This document shows positions 31,490 to 41,701 of a stretch of 64,000 bases of DNA, in pieces. Origin of the DNA: Candidatus Nomurabacteria bacterium (GTDB taxonomy: Bacteria; Patescibacteriota; Patescibacteriia; HK-STAS-PATE-3). The stretch's first letter is position 1. Each line of letters begins with the position of its first letter. The notes beneath the pieces were generated by a model. That model was not told where the DNA came from. It worked only from the letters and a program-made list of their open reading frames with translations, and searched no databases. Location: NCBI GenBank assembly GCA_023898465.1, contig CP060223.1:800001-864000 (forward strand), read 5' to 3'. Position numbers and translations under genes: made by a program.

Positions 31490-31556
31490 GATAAGCCTCC
31501 TATGTTTTGCTGCCCACTGTATGATTACTAATTATCGAACTTTTTGTCCAGTCGCC

Positions 31557-34115
31557 TTACTCTTCACGCACATAGCGCAGGACTAAACGAGAAAGTCCAA
31601 TCGCGCTGATGTACCCGATACTCACCCCAGCGATCAATACTAACCATGGGGTAAATCCTAGCGCAACGAGATGGAAGGCGTCTCGAAGAGGTGTGTAAAT
31701 GAGTAGTAACTGGAGAAGCACTGAAGCACCGAGTGCCAATACTAACCAAGGATTTGAAAACCAACCTAATTTTTCCTGTGAGCGGATCGTCCCAATCCGA
31801 ACAAACTCATAGAGCACGAAGCCGGTAAAGAGAGTGGTGCGAGCGGTGTCAAAACCAAGCGGCAAAGTGATTAGGAATGTTGCGAGTAAAATAATCGTTT
31901 TCTTAGTTCCTATCACTGCCACTAACCACCACAGCTGACGGGTGAGAATTGAGGAAGCACGGCGAGGCGGATCTTTCATAATATCGCTGCGGGCAGGATC
32001 GACGCCCAGCGCAATCGCCGGTAAGCCATCGGTGAGCAAATTAATCCAGAGAATGTGCACTGGTAGAAGAATCGGCTCAGAAAAAGGCAAAGCAACTGCA
32101 GCGATAAAGAGTACGGCGATCTCTGCCACGTTTGAGGTAAGGAGATAATTAATAAACTTCTGGATGTTTTCAAAAATGCGGCGACCTTCTCGTACGGCTG
32201 ATTGAATCGTAACAAAGTTGTCATCTAGTAATATAATATCGCTTGCCTCACGTGCCACTGCAGTTCCGCTTTTACCCATTGCAATACCTACGTCAGCTCT
32301 TTTCAACGCCAGGGCATCATTTACTCCATCGCCAGTCATGGCCACATTGCCATCCTTTTGAAGCGCTTCCATAATGCGAATTTTTTGCAACGGCGAGGTA
32401 CGGGCAAAAATGTTTACCCCACCTTGCAGTGCCCTACGAAGCTGAGCATCGGACATGCTGTCCAGTTGCGCACCCTCAATAGCTCCATTACTAGTGAGTT
32501 GTACTCTCTGGGCAATTGCCTGAGCAGTCAAGGCGCTATCTCCGGTAATCATCACCACGCGAATTCCCGCCTGTCTACATTGTGCAACTGCATCCTTCAC
32601 CTCTTCTCGCGGAGGATCAATGACCGCCACTAGTCCCACCCAAGTCATATTCTTCTCTTCAGCTTTGTTCGCATCCTTTGCACTAGCTCGCGCAAAGCCC
32701 AACATGCGTAAACCTTGACTGGAAAGTTGCGTAATCTGCTGGGTAATTATTTTACGCTGGGCAGCGCTAATTTTTTGCACTTTATCTCCAAGCAAAACTT
32801 GAGTGCAGCGCTGTAAGATTTGTTCGGGAGCGCCTTTGGTATATACGAGAAGCTGCTTATCTTGCTTCGCGCGCGCAATAATACTCATCATCATTCGATC
32901 TGAGGTGAAAGGAATCTCATGTACTCGCTTCAAGGATTTTTGAATGCGCTCGCGAGATGCCGGAAAACGCTCAGCGAATTTGAGTAGCGCTATTTCAATT
33001 TGATCACCGAGGTAAGCTTCTTGACCGTCTCGATTCTTCCCTTTTCGTGCGTTGTTATTTATCAGCATGCCAGTAAGTAGCTCGGGAATATTTTTTTGAT
33101 CTGCTGCGTCGGCATCAAAAATTCCATGCACCGTTGCAAGCGCAGTTACTGACATTTCATTCTTTGTCAGTGTGCCTGTTTTATCCGTACCTATGACCGA
33201 AACAGCCCCAATTGATTCAACAGCTGATAAACGACGAATGAGCGCCTTATGCTGTGCCATATCACGAGCACCCATAGTCATCACTAAGGTGAGCACTGCG
33301 GGTAAACCCTCCGGTATTGCCGCTACTGCTAAGGAGATAGCAATGAAGATAGCATCAAGTACGTCATATTTTAATAAGCTTATGAGTGCAAAAAGCACTA
33401 GGAGGATAAGCACGAAGCGGACGGCCCGTCGGGAGAATTGATCAATCTCTTGATGGAAAGGTGAATTACCATCCTCCAGCACATTCAATCGCTCAGCAAT
33501 TTCACCCATCCGAGTTTTCATACCAATTCGCTCTACTCGACCAATAGCGTTACCAGATGTCACAAAAGTACCCATAGCGACTTCATGCTGCTGATAACGA
33601 GCCACTGCGGCCGATTCGCCGGTCAGCATGGATTCATTTACCATGAGCTCCTGACTTTTTAGCAGCGTCATGTCAGCCGGAACATTATCACCCTCCTGGA
33701 GTACCACGATATCGCCGGGCACGATTCGATCTGCGCTAATAACTCGCTCCACTCCATCTCGGATAACGCGAGCCTCAGGTGCGGCAATTTTTCGTAGCGC
33801 TTGAACTGATTGCTCTGACTTATACTCCTGAATAAAACCAGCCACGCCGGAAATAATTACGATAATAACGATGAGAATAGCATCAAGTCGTATATCGCTA
33901 TGACCAGGAGAGAAAGATAGGGCCCCTGAAATAAGTGCAGCAATCAAAAGCACGACCACCAGTGGTGAAGTAAACTGGCGGAAAAAAATTTGCACAGGGC
34001 TCACCCGTTTACCGACTGCCAGCGTATTCTCACCATAACGAGCACGCTGCGCCCGAACTTGCTGTGAACTCAGGCCTTTTGTTTCGTCTATTTTGTCTTG
34101 AGTTGATTTCGCCAT
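31557..34115 (-). CDS. P-type ATPase, cation-translocating (type IIA Ca2+/Mg2+-like)
   Basis: DKTGTLT phosphorylation motif. TGDGVNDALALKRADVGIAMG hinge. TGES dephosphorylation loop. 10 TM. Confidence 0.9.
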   Translation of the reverse strand: MAKSTQDKIDETKGLSSQQVRAQRARYGENTLAVGKRVSPVQIFFRQFTSPLVVVLLIAALISGALSFSPGHSDIRLDAILIVIIVIISGVAGFIQEYKSEQSVQALRKIAAPEARVIRDGVERVISADRIVPGDIVVLQEGDNVPADMTLLKSQELMVNESMLTGESAAVARYQQHEVAMGTFVTSGNAIGRVERIGMKTRMGEIAERLNVLEDGNSPFHQEIDQFSRRAVRFVLILLVLFALISLLKYDVLDAIFIAISLAVAAIPEGLPAVLTLVMTMGARDMAQHKALIRRLSAVESIGAVSVIGTDKTGTLTKNEMSVTALATVHGIFDADAADQKNIPELLTGMLINNNARKGKNRDGQEAYLGDQIEIALLKFAERFPASRERIQKSLKRVHEIPFTSDRMMMSIIARAKQDKQLLVYTKGAPEQILQRCTQVLLGDKVQKISAAQRKIITQQITQLSSQGLRMLGFARASAKDANKAEEKNMTWVGLVAVIDPPREEVKDAVAQCRQAGIRVVMITGDSALTAQAIAQRVQLTSNGAIEGAQLDSMSDAQLRRALQGGVNIFARTSPLQKIRIMEALQKDGNVAMTGDGVNDALALKRADVGIAMGKSGTAVAREASDIILLDDNFVTIQSAVREGRRIFENIQKFINYLLTSNVAEIAVLFIAAVALPFSEPILLPVHILWINLLTDGLPAIALGVDPARSDIMKDPPRRASSILTRQLWWLVAVIGTKKTIILLATFLITLPLGFDTARTTLFTGFVLYEFVRIGTIRSQEKLGWFSNPWLVLALGASVLLQLLLIYTPLRDAFHLVALGFTPWLVLIAGVSIGYISAIGLSRLVLRYVREE

Positions 34116-35254
34116 CGTGCAGAAAGCTGCGCAAAAAGAAATGGAATAAGCAAAGTGAAACAAATAGTCGAAGCTATAATCACCGAATAAAGTCCAACAT
34201 CAATCAGGCCGTTATCAAAGAGTAGCTTCACAATAATAATGCTGGTGCTGAAACGAACAGATAGTCCTATACCGAGTAAAATAGCCCCCCGTCCACCAAA
34301 CTCCTTCTTGCCCATAACAATACTCGCCAGGAGCTTAGCCAGACCAGCCACTACTATAAGCGCAGCAATTTGCCAGAGATGTCCACCAACGTATTGCAAA
34401 TCTAGAGATGCGCCAACCCACACAAAAAAGATTGGAGCAAAGAAGCCATAGGCGATGGTGCGCAAATCAGTTTCAATAAACTTCAAGCGTGCAGTTGGGA
34501 TAAAATTACGTAGGGCCACACCGGCCAGCAAAGCACCTAGCGCAGTCGCCTCGGCAAAAGAACCAACTGCCAAGAAAAGGAAAAGACCAAACATGGTCAT
34601 GAGAAAAAGGGTTTCCACCTGAGAAAACGCGAACCGCTGGCGCTCTGCTCGCAAGTAAGAAAAAAGTGCGGTCAATCCAAATAAACCTAGGAGACCAAGG
34701 AAAACAACAGCAACGTGGACGGAGATATTTACCGCACTCGTACCAAGTAATAAAGATACGAAAATGAGACTGATAATTTCAACGATGTCATCTAGGGTTC
34801 CTATACCAATAATCGCCTGCCCGACTGGCGTACGAATAAGCTTAGAGGCATCAAGTATTGGCACTAGGATTGCCTCGCCGACTGTGGCAAAAGACAGACC
34901 AACCAAGATAGCGATATCCCATGAAACCTGAAAAAGGGTATGCACTAATATGCTGCCCAATAATGCCTCAAAGAGAATAATGACAAAAGCCGAGCTTGCT
35001 AAAAACGCTCCTTTCTTCCGCATGTCTTGTACATCCACCTCAAAACCAATGATGAAGAGTAGGAGGTACATACCTAATTGAGCCAGGAAGGAAAAAGTTT
35101 CTCCGTTGGTAATAGTGGAAAAAGGATTTCCTATGGCGAGTATTGTTCCAAGTATCAGCGCGGCAAAGACCCACGGCACTTTCACTCGCTCAATCAACCT
35201 CCCTACCAGGAGAGTGAACAAAAAGACGACGCTTAAAAAGAGATAAATACTCAT
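34088..35254 (-). CDS. monovalent cation:proton antiporter (CPA2/Kef-type)
   Basis: 388 aa. 11-12 TM. Na_H_exchanger-like pattern. Confidence 0.75.
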   Translation of the reverse strand: MSIYLFLSVVFLFTLLVGRLIERVKVPWVFAALILGTILAIGNPFSTITNGETFSFLAQLGMYLLLFIIGFEVDVQDMRKKGAFLASSAFVIILFEALLGSILVHTLFQVSWDIAILVGLSFATVGEAILVPILDASKLIRTPVGQAIIGIGTLDDIVEIISLIFVSLLLGTSAVNISVHVAVVFLGLLGLFGLTALFSYLRAERQRFAFSQVETLFLMTMFGLFLFLAVGSFAEATALGALLAGVALRNFIPTARLKFIETDLRTIAYGFFAPIFFVWVGASLDLQYVGGHLWQIAALIVVAGLAKLLASIVMGKKEFGGRGAILLGIGLSVRFSTSIIIVKLLFDNGLIDVGLYSVIIASTICFTLLIPFLFAQLSARWRNQLKTK

Positions 35255-35370
35255 TACTCTGTAGTATTGCGCGATTTATGCTTCAACGCAAACGGTATCT
35301 AGTCTCTTTACAAATTTTCCAGACTAGGTTACGATGCGATGCCGTTCTTTCCACCAAAGAGGAGATTCGC

Positions 35371-35613
35371 ATGATTATCAATGCACCGCTCCGCAACAAG
35401 ATTGGCCATGATGTGGCCAGACGAGCTGAGGATCGCTTCGAGGATCCTGCATGCCACGTGCACAAGGATCGCTGTCCTGACTGCGACGAAAACACCTTGG
35501 AGCTGCATCGACTCGACAAGGGCGACATCGTTGCCCACTGCCCTTGCGGTTTCCGCGAGCAAGGCACCTGGTCACGCCGCTCCGCAACCCAAAGCACCCC
35601 CAAATCTCCCTAG
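35371..35613 (+). CDS. hypothetical small zinc-ribbon-like protein (GC-rich islet)
   Basis: About 80 aa from the ATG after SD AGAGGAG. Motif CHVHKDRCPDC…HCPCG. Hairpin terminator caccccc…gggggtg + T6 at 35595-35627. Confidence 0.35.
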   Translation: MIINAPLRNKIGHDVARRAEDRFEDPACHVHKDRCPDCDENTLELHRLDKGDIVAHCPCGFREQGTWSRRSATQSTPKSP

Positions 35614-35636
35614 GGGGTGTTTTTTCTTTCCTCGAA

Positions 35637-36920
35637 CTACTGTGGGGCTCTTTTTATATAGCAATATTCACCAAACACTAATAATGTCCAAAATAAAATG
35701 GCCAAATCGTTTTTAAAATACGGCACATCAACCAGGCCATGACCTAGTAAAGCAGTCATGGCAAGAAGCAAGGCAAGGGCAAAAGCTTTTTCCTGACCCT
35801 GGGCAACGCGATAGGCAGTAATGACATTGCGATAGTAGCGAAGGATGAGAAGAAGAAAAAGCAACAAACCAAGCGCGCCCATTTCAGACCAGAAGTTCAA
35901 CACCACATTATGCGGATACTGCAGCAACTCCACGTGTGCAGCGTCCCGATACACATCGTAGAGAGCCGGGAATCCAGCCATGCCTGCACCGGTAATTGGA
36001 TTTGCCCGGAGCATGTCCCAAGTGCCTTGCCATAAACGCAAACGCACATCGTCTGAGGTATCACTAAAGGTTAAACGGCTTATGGCGTAATCGCGGGTTT
36101 GCGGTATCGCAAAGATGAGGGCGAGGAGAATCAGGCCAACAGCTACCCACTTCTTCCTCTGCTTGCTCAAGAGGGCCCATAAGACCAGCGCCATGGCAAT
36201 TCCCAACAAGGCACCTTCGGATACTGCTAATGTAATAGCGATGAGTCCGAAAAAAAGTACGGCCCAACGGAAATAGCGTTCATGGCGCGCTAGACTGCCG
36301 AGCTGGGCAAGTAAACCAAAGTACAGGGCAACGATCGGAGCGACAAGTAAACCAACCGCATTTGGGAAATCAAATACTGATGAGAAACGCGGCGGGATTT
36401 CTTGACTCCAGGGCAATGGGGAAGGAATAAGTGTGGCGAGTTGAAAGATACTTACCAGACCAATAAGTATTACACCAATACCAAGCACGCGAATTGACCA
36501 GAGCTTCAAGCCCGGTTCCTGACCTAGAGTAAAGTAAAAAACAATCGCAAAAAGCACTGGCTCAAGAATATATGCGCGCCATAACCCTAAACCGGCAATT
36601 GAATCGGCTGACCAAAACGTGGCAAGGAGGCCGGCAATTATCCAAAAAAGCGCCAAGCCAAAAAAATTACCAGGTAGGCCTTTTCGTATCGCTCTATAGA
36701 CTTTCCATATGCTTCGTTCCCGTCGTAACATTTCCCAGCCCCAGGCAATGAAGAGGATGACGAGGAAAAATTCTAACAAGGTAGTTGGTACGCCCACCAG
36801 CGAAAAACGAATAAGGTAAGACGGCAGAAACATCAGAATGAAAATAACCCCCCAGGAGCGTTTGTAAAATACTGCAGTGGTATAGAGGATTAAACTTGTC
36901 GCAACAAGGACGGGGGTCAT
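35637..36920 (-). CDS. O-antigen ligase/polymerase-like membrane protein (Wzy_C domain)
   Basis: 427 aa. Multi-TM. Periplasmic loop with conserved His/Arg (RDAAHVELLQYPHNVVLNFWSEMGALG). Confidence 0.6.
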   Translation of the reverse strand: MTPVLVATSLILYTTAVFYKRSWGVIFILMFLPSYLIRFSLVGVPTTLLEFFLVILFIAWGWEMLRRERSIWKVYRAIRKGLPGNFFGLALFWIIAGLLATFWSADSIAGLGLWRAYILEPVLFAIVFYFTLGQEPGLKLWSIRVLGIGVILIGLVSIFQLATLIPSPLPWSQEIPPRFSSVFDFPNAVGLLVAPIVALYFGLLAQLGSLARHERYFRWAVLFFGLIAITLAVSEGALLGIAMALVLWALLSKQRKKWVAVGLILLALIFAIPQTRDYAISRLTFSDTSDDVRLRLWQGTWDMLRANPITGAGMAGFPALYDVYRDAAHVELLQYPHNVVLNFWSEMGALGLLLFLLLILRYYRNVITAYRVAQGQEKAFALALLLAMTALLGHGLVDVPYFKNDLAILFWTLLVFGEYCYIKRAPQ

Positions 36921-38335
36921 GACTGTTTTTGTAGGCTAATATTCTGCACCGCTACCATCAAACCAAAGAGGAACCAGATATGCATGATGAAGAGAATGGA
37001 GAAAGTGTTGTACTGAATAAGTATACCAATAAAAGCAAGAAGGAGAGCAAACATCACCGCACGCAGATATGGATCGCGACTATATCGAATCGCTTTGATT
37101 GATCGCCAGAACAGCACAACCAACAAGGAGAGATAGGCAAAGAAGCCAAGGAGGCCCGTCTCAGCCAAAAGCTCCAGAAACTCATTATTCACAATCAACC
37201 AACCATTGGGCGGCTGGACCAGTGCAATATCAGCCACAGCTGGGCCAAAGTTACCAACTCCTACGCCAAGATAAGGATGGGCCTGGAACAAATCCCACGC
37301 TTGGGTAAAGGTCTCGGCACGATCAAAGTAAGAAGCGCCACTAAAAATATCCGTCGCCTGTTTAGTAAAGGTATCAACCGACTCCTGAGTATCACCGCTG
37401 AGACCGAGGAACTGCACTGCTCCCCATCCAACAATCAAAGCAACAACTACCCCGAGCACAATCCAATGCGGAGTAAATACCTTTTTCCAATACACTAAAG
37501 CTAAAATCATGAGCATGACCGCAAAGGAGATGTAGGCGCCACGAGAAAGAGTCAGCACAAAGTTCACACCCAGTAACAGTATAAAGGCGACCAGGAAGAG
37601 ACGCGATTGCTTGCCCTTACCTGAAAGCACAAAAACTAGCGCAAGACTCAATGGGATCAACAAAAAGTTTGCGTAGTAAAGTGGCTCGAGAAAAGTCGAT
37701 TGAATGCGTGGGAAACCAAATACGTCGCTGGTGTAGAGATCACGTAAGCCGGTCAGAGAAGGAGGTAGGCCAACTAAATCTCCCATGAACTGATAAAGCC
37801 CAAATACACCGATGATGCTAGTGCTCACGAAAAGGATAGTAATGAGCTTATCCAAATCATTGCGTCCCCGGATAAGCTGCGGTACTAACCAACTCACAAT
37901 AACAGTAAAGGCAACAAAGACCCAAACCGTTGTTGCTCGGAAAGCATTCTCTGCCTGACTAATCGACACCAGCGCAATGAGTAAGAAGAGGACTCCTAAC
38001 CAAAAAGTTGGATTAGGTCGGAAACTCCATCGCTTACGTGTAAGAAGGAGGAGCAACCAAGCTACTAAAGTTAGCCCTCCAAATACCTGACTGGAACGTA
38101 GGGTAAATCCAGCAATATCAACTGACCCTACCCGCTCAAAAGGCAGGAGAAAAACCACCGCCAACAAACCAAAGCGCGGTGAACGCACCGTTAGGTACAC
38201 TAGCACTAAAAAGATACATAAGCCGATAATGCTGCTAAAGCCGAGTATGCCAAATTTTGCGACAGCAGCAGCGCCAAATAGGGTCAGAATACTACCGAGC
38301 AGCCAACTAGGCCATGTGGTGGGGAGGATTTTCAT
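36917..38335 (-). CDS. O-antigen ligase/polymerase-like membrane protein (Wzy_C domain), paralogue
   Basis: 472 aa. Multi-TM. NNEFLELLAETGLLG motif. Confidence 0.55.
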   Translation of the reverse strand: MKILPTTWPSWLLGSILTLFGAAAVAKFGILGFSSIIGLCIFLVLVYLTVRSPRFGLLAVVFLLPFERVGSVDIAGFTLRSSQVFGGLTLVAWLLLLLTRKRWSFRPNPTFWLGVLFLLIALVSISQAENAFRATTVWVFVAFTVIVSWLVPQLIRGRNDLDKLITILFVSTSIIGVFGLYQFMGDLVGLPPSLTGLRDLYTSDVFGFPRIQSTFLEPLYYANFLLIPLSLALVFVLSGKGKQSRLFLVAFILLLGVNFVLTLSRGAYISFAVMLMILALVYWKKVFTPHWIVLGVVVALIVGWGAVQFLGLSGDTQESVDTFTKQATDIFSGASYFDRAETFTQAWDLFQAHPYLGVGVGNFGPAVADIALVQPPNGWLIVNNEFLELLAETGLLGFFAYLSLLVVLFWRSIKAIRYSRDPYLRAVMFALLLAFIGILIQYNTFSILFIMHIWFLFGLMVAVQNISLQKQS

Positions 38336-39227
38336 GCTTATGCTTTAGCATACCATATCGACGGAGGCCAGCCCGAAATCCCCAATACGGCGTCAGTAAC
38401 CAGTCAGGATGCCCTTTTCCATAGTAAAACATGCAAGAAAGGATTGCCCGTAGCTTACGCAAGAAAAAATGTGGGAGCTGCCAGCGAGAAAAATGCTTCA
38501 GCATGAAATAAAATTCGTTGGCAAAAAAATCTTCATACCATTGTCGGCGCTGGGCATTGCGACTGCCACCACTATGATAGGCCAGGTGCACCACAGTCAC
38601 GGTCGGATCAAAGACAAGCTTCCAGCCAGCCTTCACCACGCGGAGAGAAAAATCCGTCTCTTCCCGCATTGCATTCCCTACAAACTGCGTATCAAAACCA
38701 CCGGCCTGATGTACCGCCTCAGCCCGAAAAGACATGTGCCCACCACGAGGCGCGTTAATTTCCACCCGTTCATGTCCTGTTGCATTTGCGTATACCCGAC
38801 CGGTCTCATCGACCCAACACGCTCGACCGCTTTGCTCTTTATTCAGCTGAGTATTTCTATCTTCGACTCGACCGCCAACTCCACCTATCTCTGGATCAGC
38901 ATAATTTACCACGTGCTTCTGGAGCAGGAGCGGGTCACGAACCTCAGTATCATCATCGAGGAAAAGAAAAATCGAACCGTTTGCATGCTCTACTCCAACA
39001 TTCCGTGAGTGACAAGTCCCTTTTGCTTCAACGTGATGATACTGTACTTTCTTTGGATGTTCAGCCACCATCGACTGTAGGGCTGTATTTACCACTGCGC
39101 TTGAATCAACTACCACAATTTCATAATCCGGATAATCCTCTTGTAAGAGATCCTTTACCAAGGCAAGGACGATTTCTGGACGATTCAAGGTTGGAATGAT
39201 AACTGAGACCTTTGGCGTGTTAGACAT
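38307..39227 (-). CDS. glycosyltransferase family 2
   Basis: VSVIIPTLNRPE…VVVDSS…FLDDD GT2 DXD motifs. Confidence 0.85.
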   Translation of the reverse strand: MSNTPKVSVIIPTLNRPEIVLALVKDLLQEDYPDYEIVVVDSSAVVNTALQSMVAEHPKKVQYHHVEAKGTCHSRNVGVEHANGSIFLFLDDDTEVRDPLLLQKHVVNYADPEIGGVGGRVEDRNTQLNKEQSGRACWVDETGRVYANATGHERVEINAPRGGHMSFRAEAVHQAGGFDTQFVGNAMREETDFSLRVVKAGWKLVFDPTVTVVHLAYHSGGSRNAQRRQWYEDFFANEFYFMLKHFSRWQLPHFFLRKLRAILSCMFYYGKGHPDWLLTPYWGFRAGLRRYGMLKHKHENPPHHMA

Positions 39228-40671
39228 CGGGCCCTCCACTCTCTGATCCACCGAAGCGACTAGGCAGTAACTCGCGAATCAATTGCGCATCAAAGCCCTT
39301 CACTAAATAGAGGGCTGCGGCGTACACACCAAACGCAAAAGCCACCTGCACCAAAACGTGCATGCTCGAAGTTAACCAAATCACTGCGGCCATAGGTATA
39401 CTCGCCGCCAGGGCACGTAACGCGTACTTGAAATGAAGCTGGAAACCAACTCGACGACGAATCAACCAGTAACCAACAAACATGATAGTGAATTCGGTTA
39501 ACACGGTTCCCACTGCCGCACCATAATATGAAAAAGGAGGAATGAGCACAACGTAACTGATTAGCCCAAGGGCTGCCACCACGAGATACGCCCAAACCAT
39601 TTTACGCTGGGCATTAATTGCCACGATAGTGTGTCCAGATAAACTACCAAGGAAGAGGAAACCAACAGCAAAAATAAGCACCTGGAAGATTGGGCCGGCC
39701 GCGGCGTACTCCTCACTGCCACTGATGAAAGCAATGAGAGGCCCGGCAATTAAAAAGCCGCCGATGATTAGAGGAATCGTTGCCATGAGTAGTGCATCAA
39801 AAGAACGCTGGAACACATGAATGAAGCGTTCGCGTTGCACAAAAGCTGTCGCAGTTAACACTGGTAGGAGTAAGCCAACAAACATGTTGGGGAAGGTGAT
39901 GAGAATTTCCAGCACCTTATAGGCTGCTCCGTATAAGCCCACATCTTCAGCCGGCTTCATGAGCGAAAGGAAAATGGTATCGAGCCGGAAGTATAAAAGG
40001 TTTAATACTACCGAGAGTGCTAAGGGAGCCGTCTCTTTCAATATGTAGCCCCAGTACGGCCAATCAAAACGGAGTCGAATTGGCTCATACTTTAATGCTG
40101 CGGCAAAAGAGATAAAGAAATTTGTGGCACTACCCAATACCACCGCAGCAATGATGGCCAACAGACCCATCTGCAATGCAATGACTCCCATAACTCCACC
40201 CAGTAATACGACGCGGCCGGCCACCTCCCCTAAGACCACCCAGCGCATGGCCAGATGCTTTTGAAAAATGCCAACCAGCAACTGATTCATGGCAATGAAG
40301 AAAAAGGAAAATACTCCGACCACCATACCTTGGCGAACCAGTGGACCATAAGGAAGGAGGAAGGCGATAAGTAGGCCAATGCCTAACAAAAGCACTGCTG
40401 CAAAAATTCGGACACCGAGAATATTCCCTATCGCGTGCTCAGCATTTGCCTCTGGCTTAGAAATCTCTCTCACCAAAATTAAGTACAAGCCAAGGTCCGC
40501 TACAACGGAGAAAAAGCCAAGATAGGCAATTACTGTCGTGTAATATCCATACTCACCAGGACTGAGGTAACGCAGCATAAGAACCACGGTAATGAAACCG
40601 AGGGCAGTGCCAATCACCTTGCCAATAAACTGCAAAATCGTATTGCGTCCAACTTGTCCAGCTAAACTCAT
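39220..40671 (-). CDS. polysaccharide biosynthesis flippase (Wzx/PST family, MOP superfamily)
   Basis: 483 aa. 12-14 TM. Typical Wzx N-terminus. Confidence 0.75.
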   Translation of the reverse strand: MSLAGQVGRNTILQFIGKVIGTALGFITVVLMLRYLSPGEYGYYTTVIAYLGFFSVVADLGLYLILVREISKPEANAEHAIGNILGVRIFAAVLLLGIGLLIAFLLPYGPLVRQGMVVGVFSFFFIAMNQLLVGIFQKHLAMRWVVLGEVAGRVVLLGGVMGVIALQMGLLAIIAAVVLGSATNFFISFAAALKYEPIRLRFDWPYWGYILKETAPLALSVVLNLLYFRLDTIFLSLMKPAEDVGLYGAAYKVLEILITFPNMFVGLLLPVLTATAFVQRERFIHVFQRSFDALLMATIPLIIGGFLIAGPLIAFISGSEEYAAAGPIFQVLIFAVGFLFLGSLSGHTIVAINAQRKMVWAYLVVAALGLISYVVLIPPFSYYGAAVGTVLTEFTIMFVGYWLIRRRVGFQLHFKYALRALAASIPMAAVIWLTSSMHVLVQVAFAFGVYAAALYLVKGFDAQLIRELLPSRFGGSESGGPDV

Positions 40672-40811
40672 AGGCGCTCCTTATGCGTACTCAGGGTATC
40701 TGGAAATAGCCTTCTGGTCAATTATTCCAATACATAATTGACTTTCAGCGCACGTGTGGTAAAACAAAATCCCCTTTGCTCTTTTCTATCCCGCCTCTCG
40801 AAGGAGTCACT

Positions 40812-41585
40812 ATGGCACGCACGTCCTTTGCTGCTGGTACCATGCCTTCCCTGAAGGGCGAAGAAGAGTACTTCGGTACACAAGATCGGCTTTCAGCGAT
40901 TCTCAACTCACATGGACAAACCCAGGTCCCTGGAGGACCGGAGCTATACCTGCCCCGCTCAGTTGCGGAAGATCGGCAAGTGCCTGTCCGCGGAAATCCA
41001 CCGAATCTGCCACGCGAGCTGGATCACGTCAAAGGCATCATGCCGATTCCGGAAGATGTCCCGGCTGGCGCATATCAGATCTACCTGGTCTATGTCGATC
41101 CCGGATATAGCTACCAGGCAATACAGCGAGTTCTCGCTAGAGACACCGTCCGGCATCCGGCCTTGGTCATTGCCTGCAATGAACTTGATATCCTGGTAGC
41201 GTCGGACGAGCTGTCTCCGTACTGGATCTGGCTTGCCTTTGGCACCACGTCTGCGGGAGTGAGTCCGGCCGACGTTCTGCACACGCTACCACGGGGCGCT
41301 GTTCCTCTCACGATTGTGGAGTGCATGCATCTCCTGGTCCAATACGATTGTCGTGAACTTCTTTCAGACGGCGCTATTCTCTGCGCCGGATCGAGAAGTA
41401 CCAACGGCACACTACCGCTACTGCACTTCCACTCCGCCTTTCCGTTCCGATGGGTGCGCCGTGATCAACCGATCAAGCATCATCCAAACTCGACGCTTCG
41501 GGCAACTACCCTCAACTTCTTCACGCCTTTCCGTCTTCCCCTCAATGACTACAAAGGGAAGCCGGGTAGCGCCGCGAATAACTGA
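40812..41585 (+). CDS. hypothetical protein (GC-rich island interrupting glycan cluster)
   Basis: SD GAAGGAG before the ATG at 40812. About 60% GC. Terminator 41590-41630. Confidence 0.4.
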   Translation: MARTSFAAGTMPSLKGEEEYFGTQDRLSAILNSHGQTQVPGGPELYLPRSVAEDRQVPVRGNPPNLPRELDHVKGIMPIPEDVPAGAYQIYLVYVDPGYSYQAIQRVLARDTVRHPALVIACNELDILVASDELSPYWIWLAFGTTSAGVSPADVLHTLPRGAVPLTIVECMHLLVQYDCRELLSDGAILCAGSRSTNGTLPLLHFHSAFPFRWVRRDQPIKHHPNSTLRATTLNFFTPFRLPLNDYKGKPGSAANN

Positions 41586-41701
41586 GCTCCAACGCCTGAT
41601 ACTTACTAGTGTCAGGCGTTTTCCTTTTTCATAAGATTGCCAGTGTCTAGCGAAGGACAGGGTTGACAAAAAGGCCTCTTTCATGTATGCTCGTCTGTTT
41701 T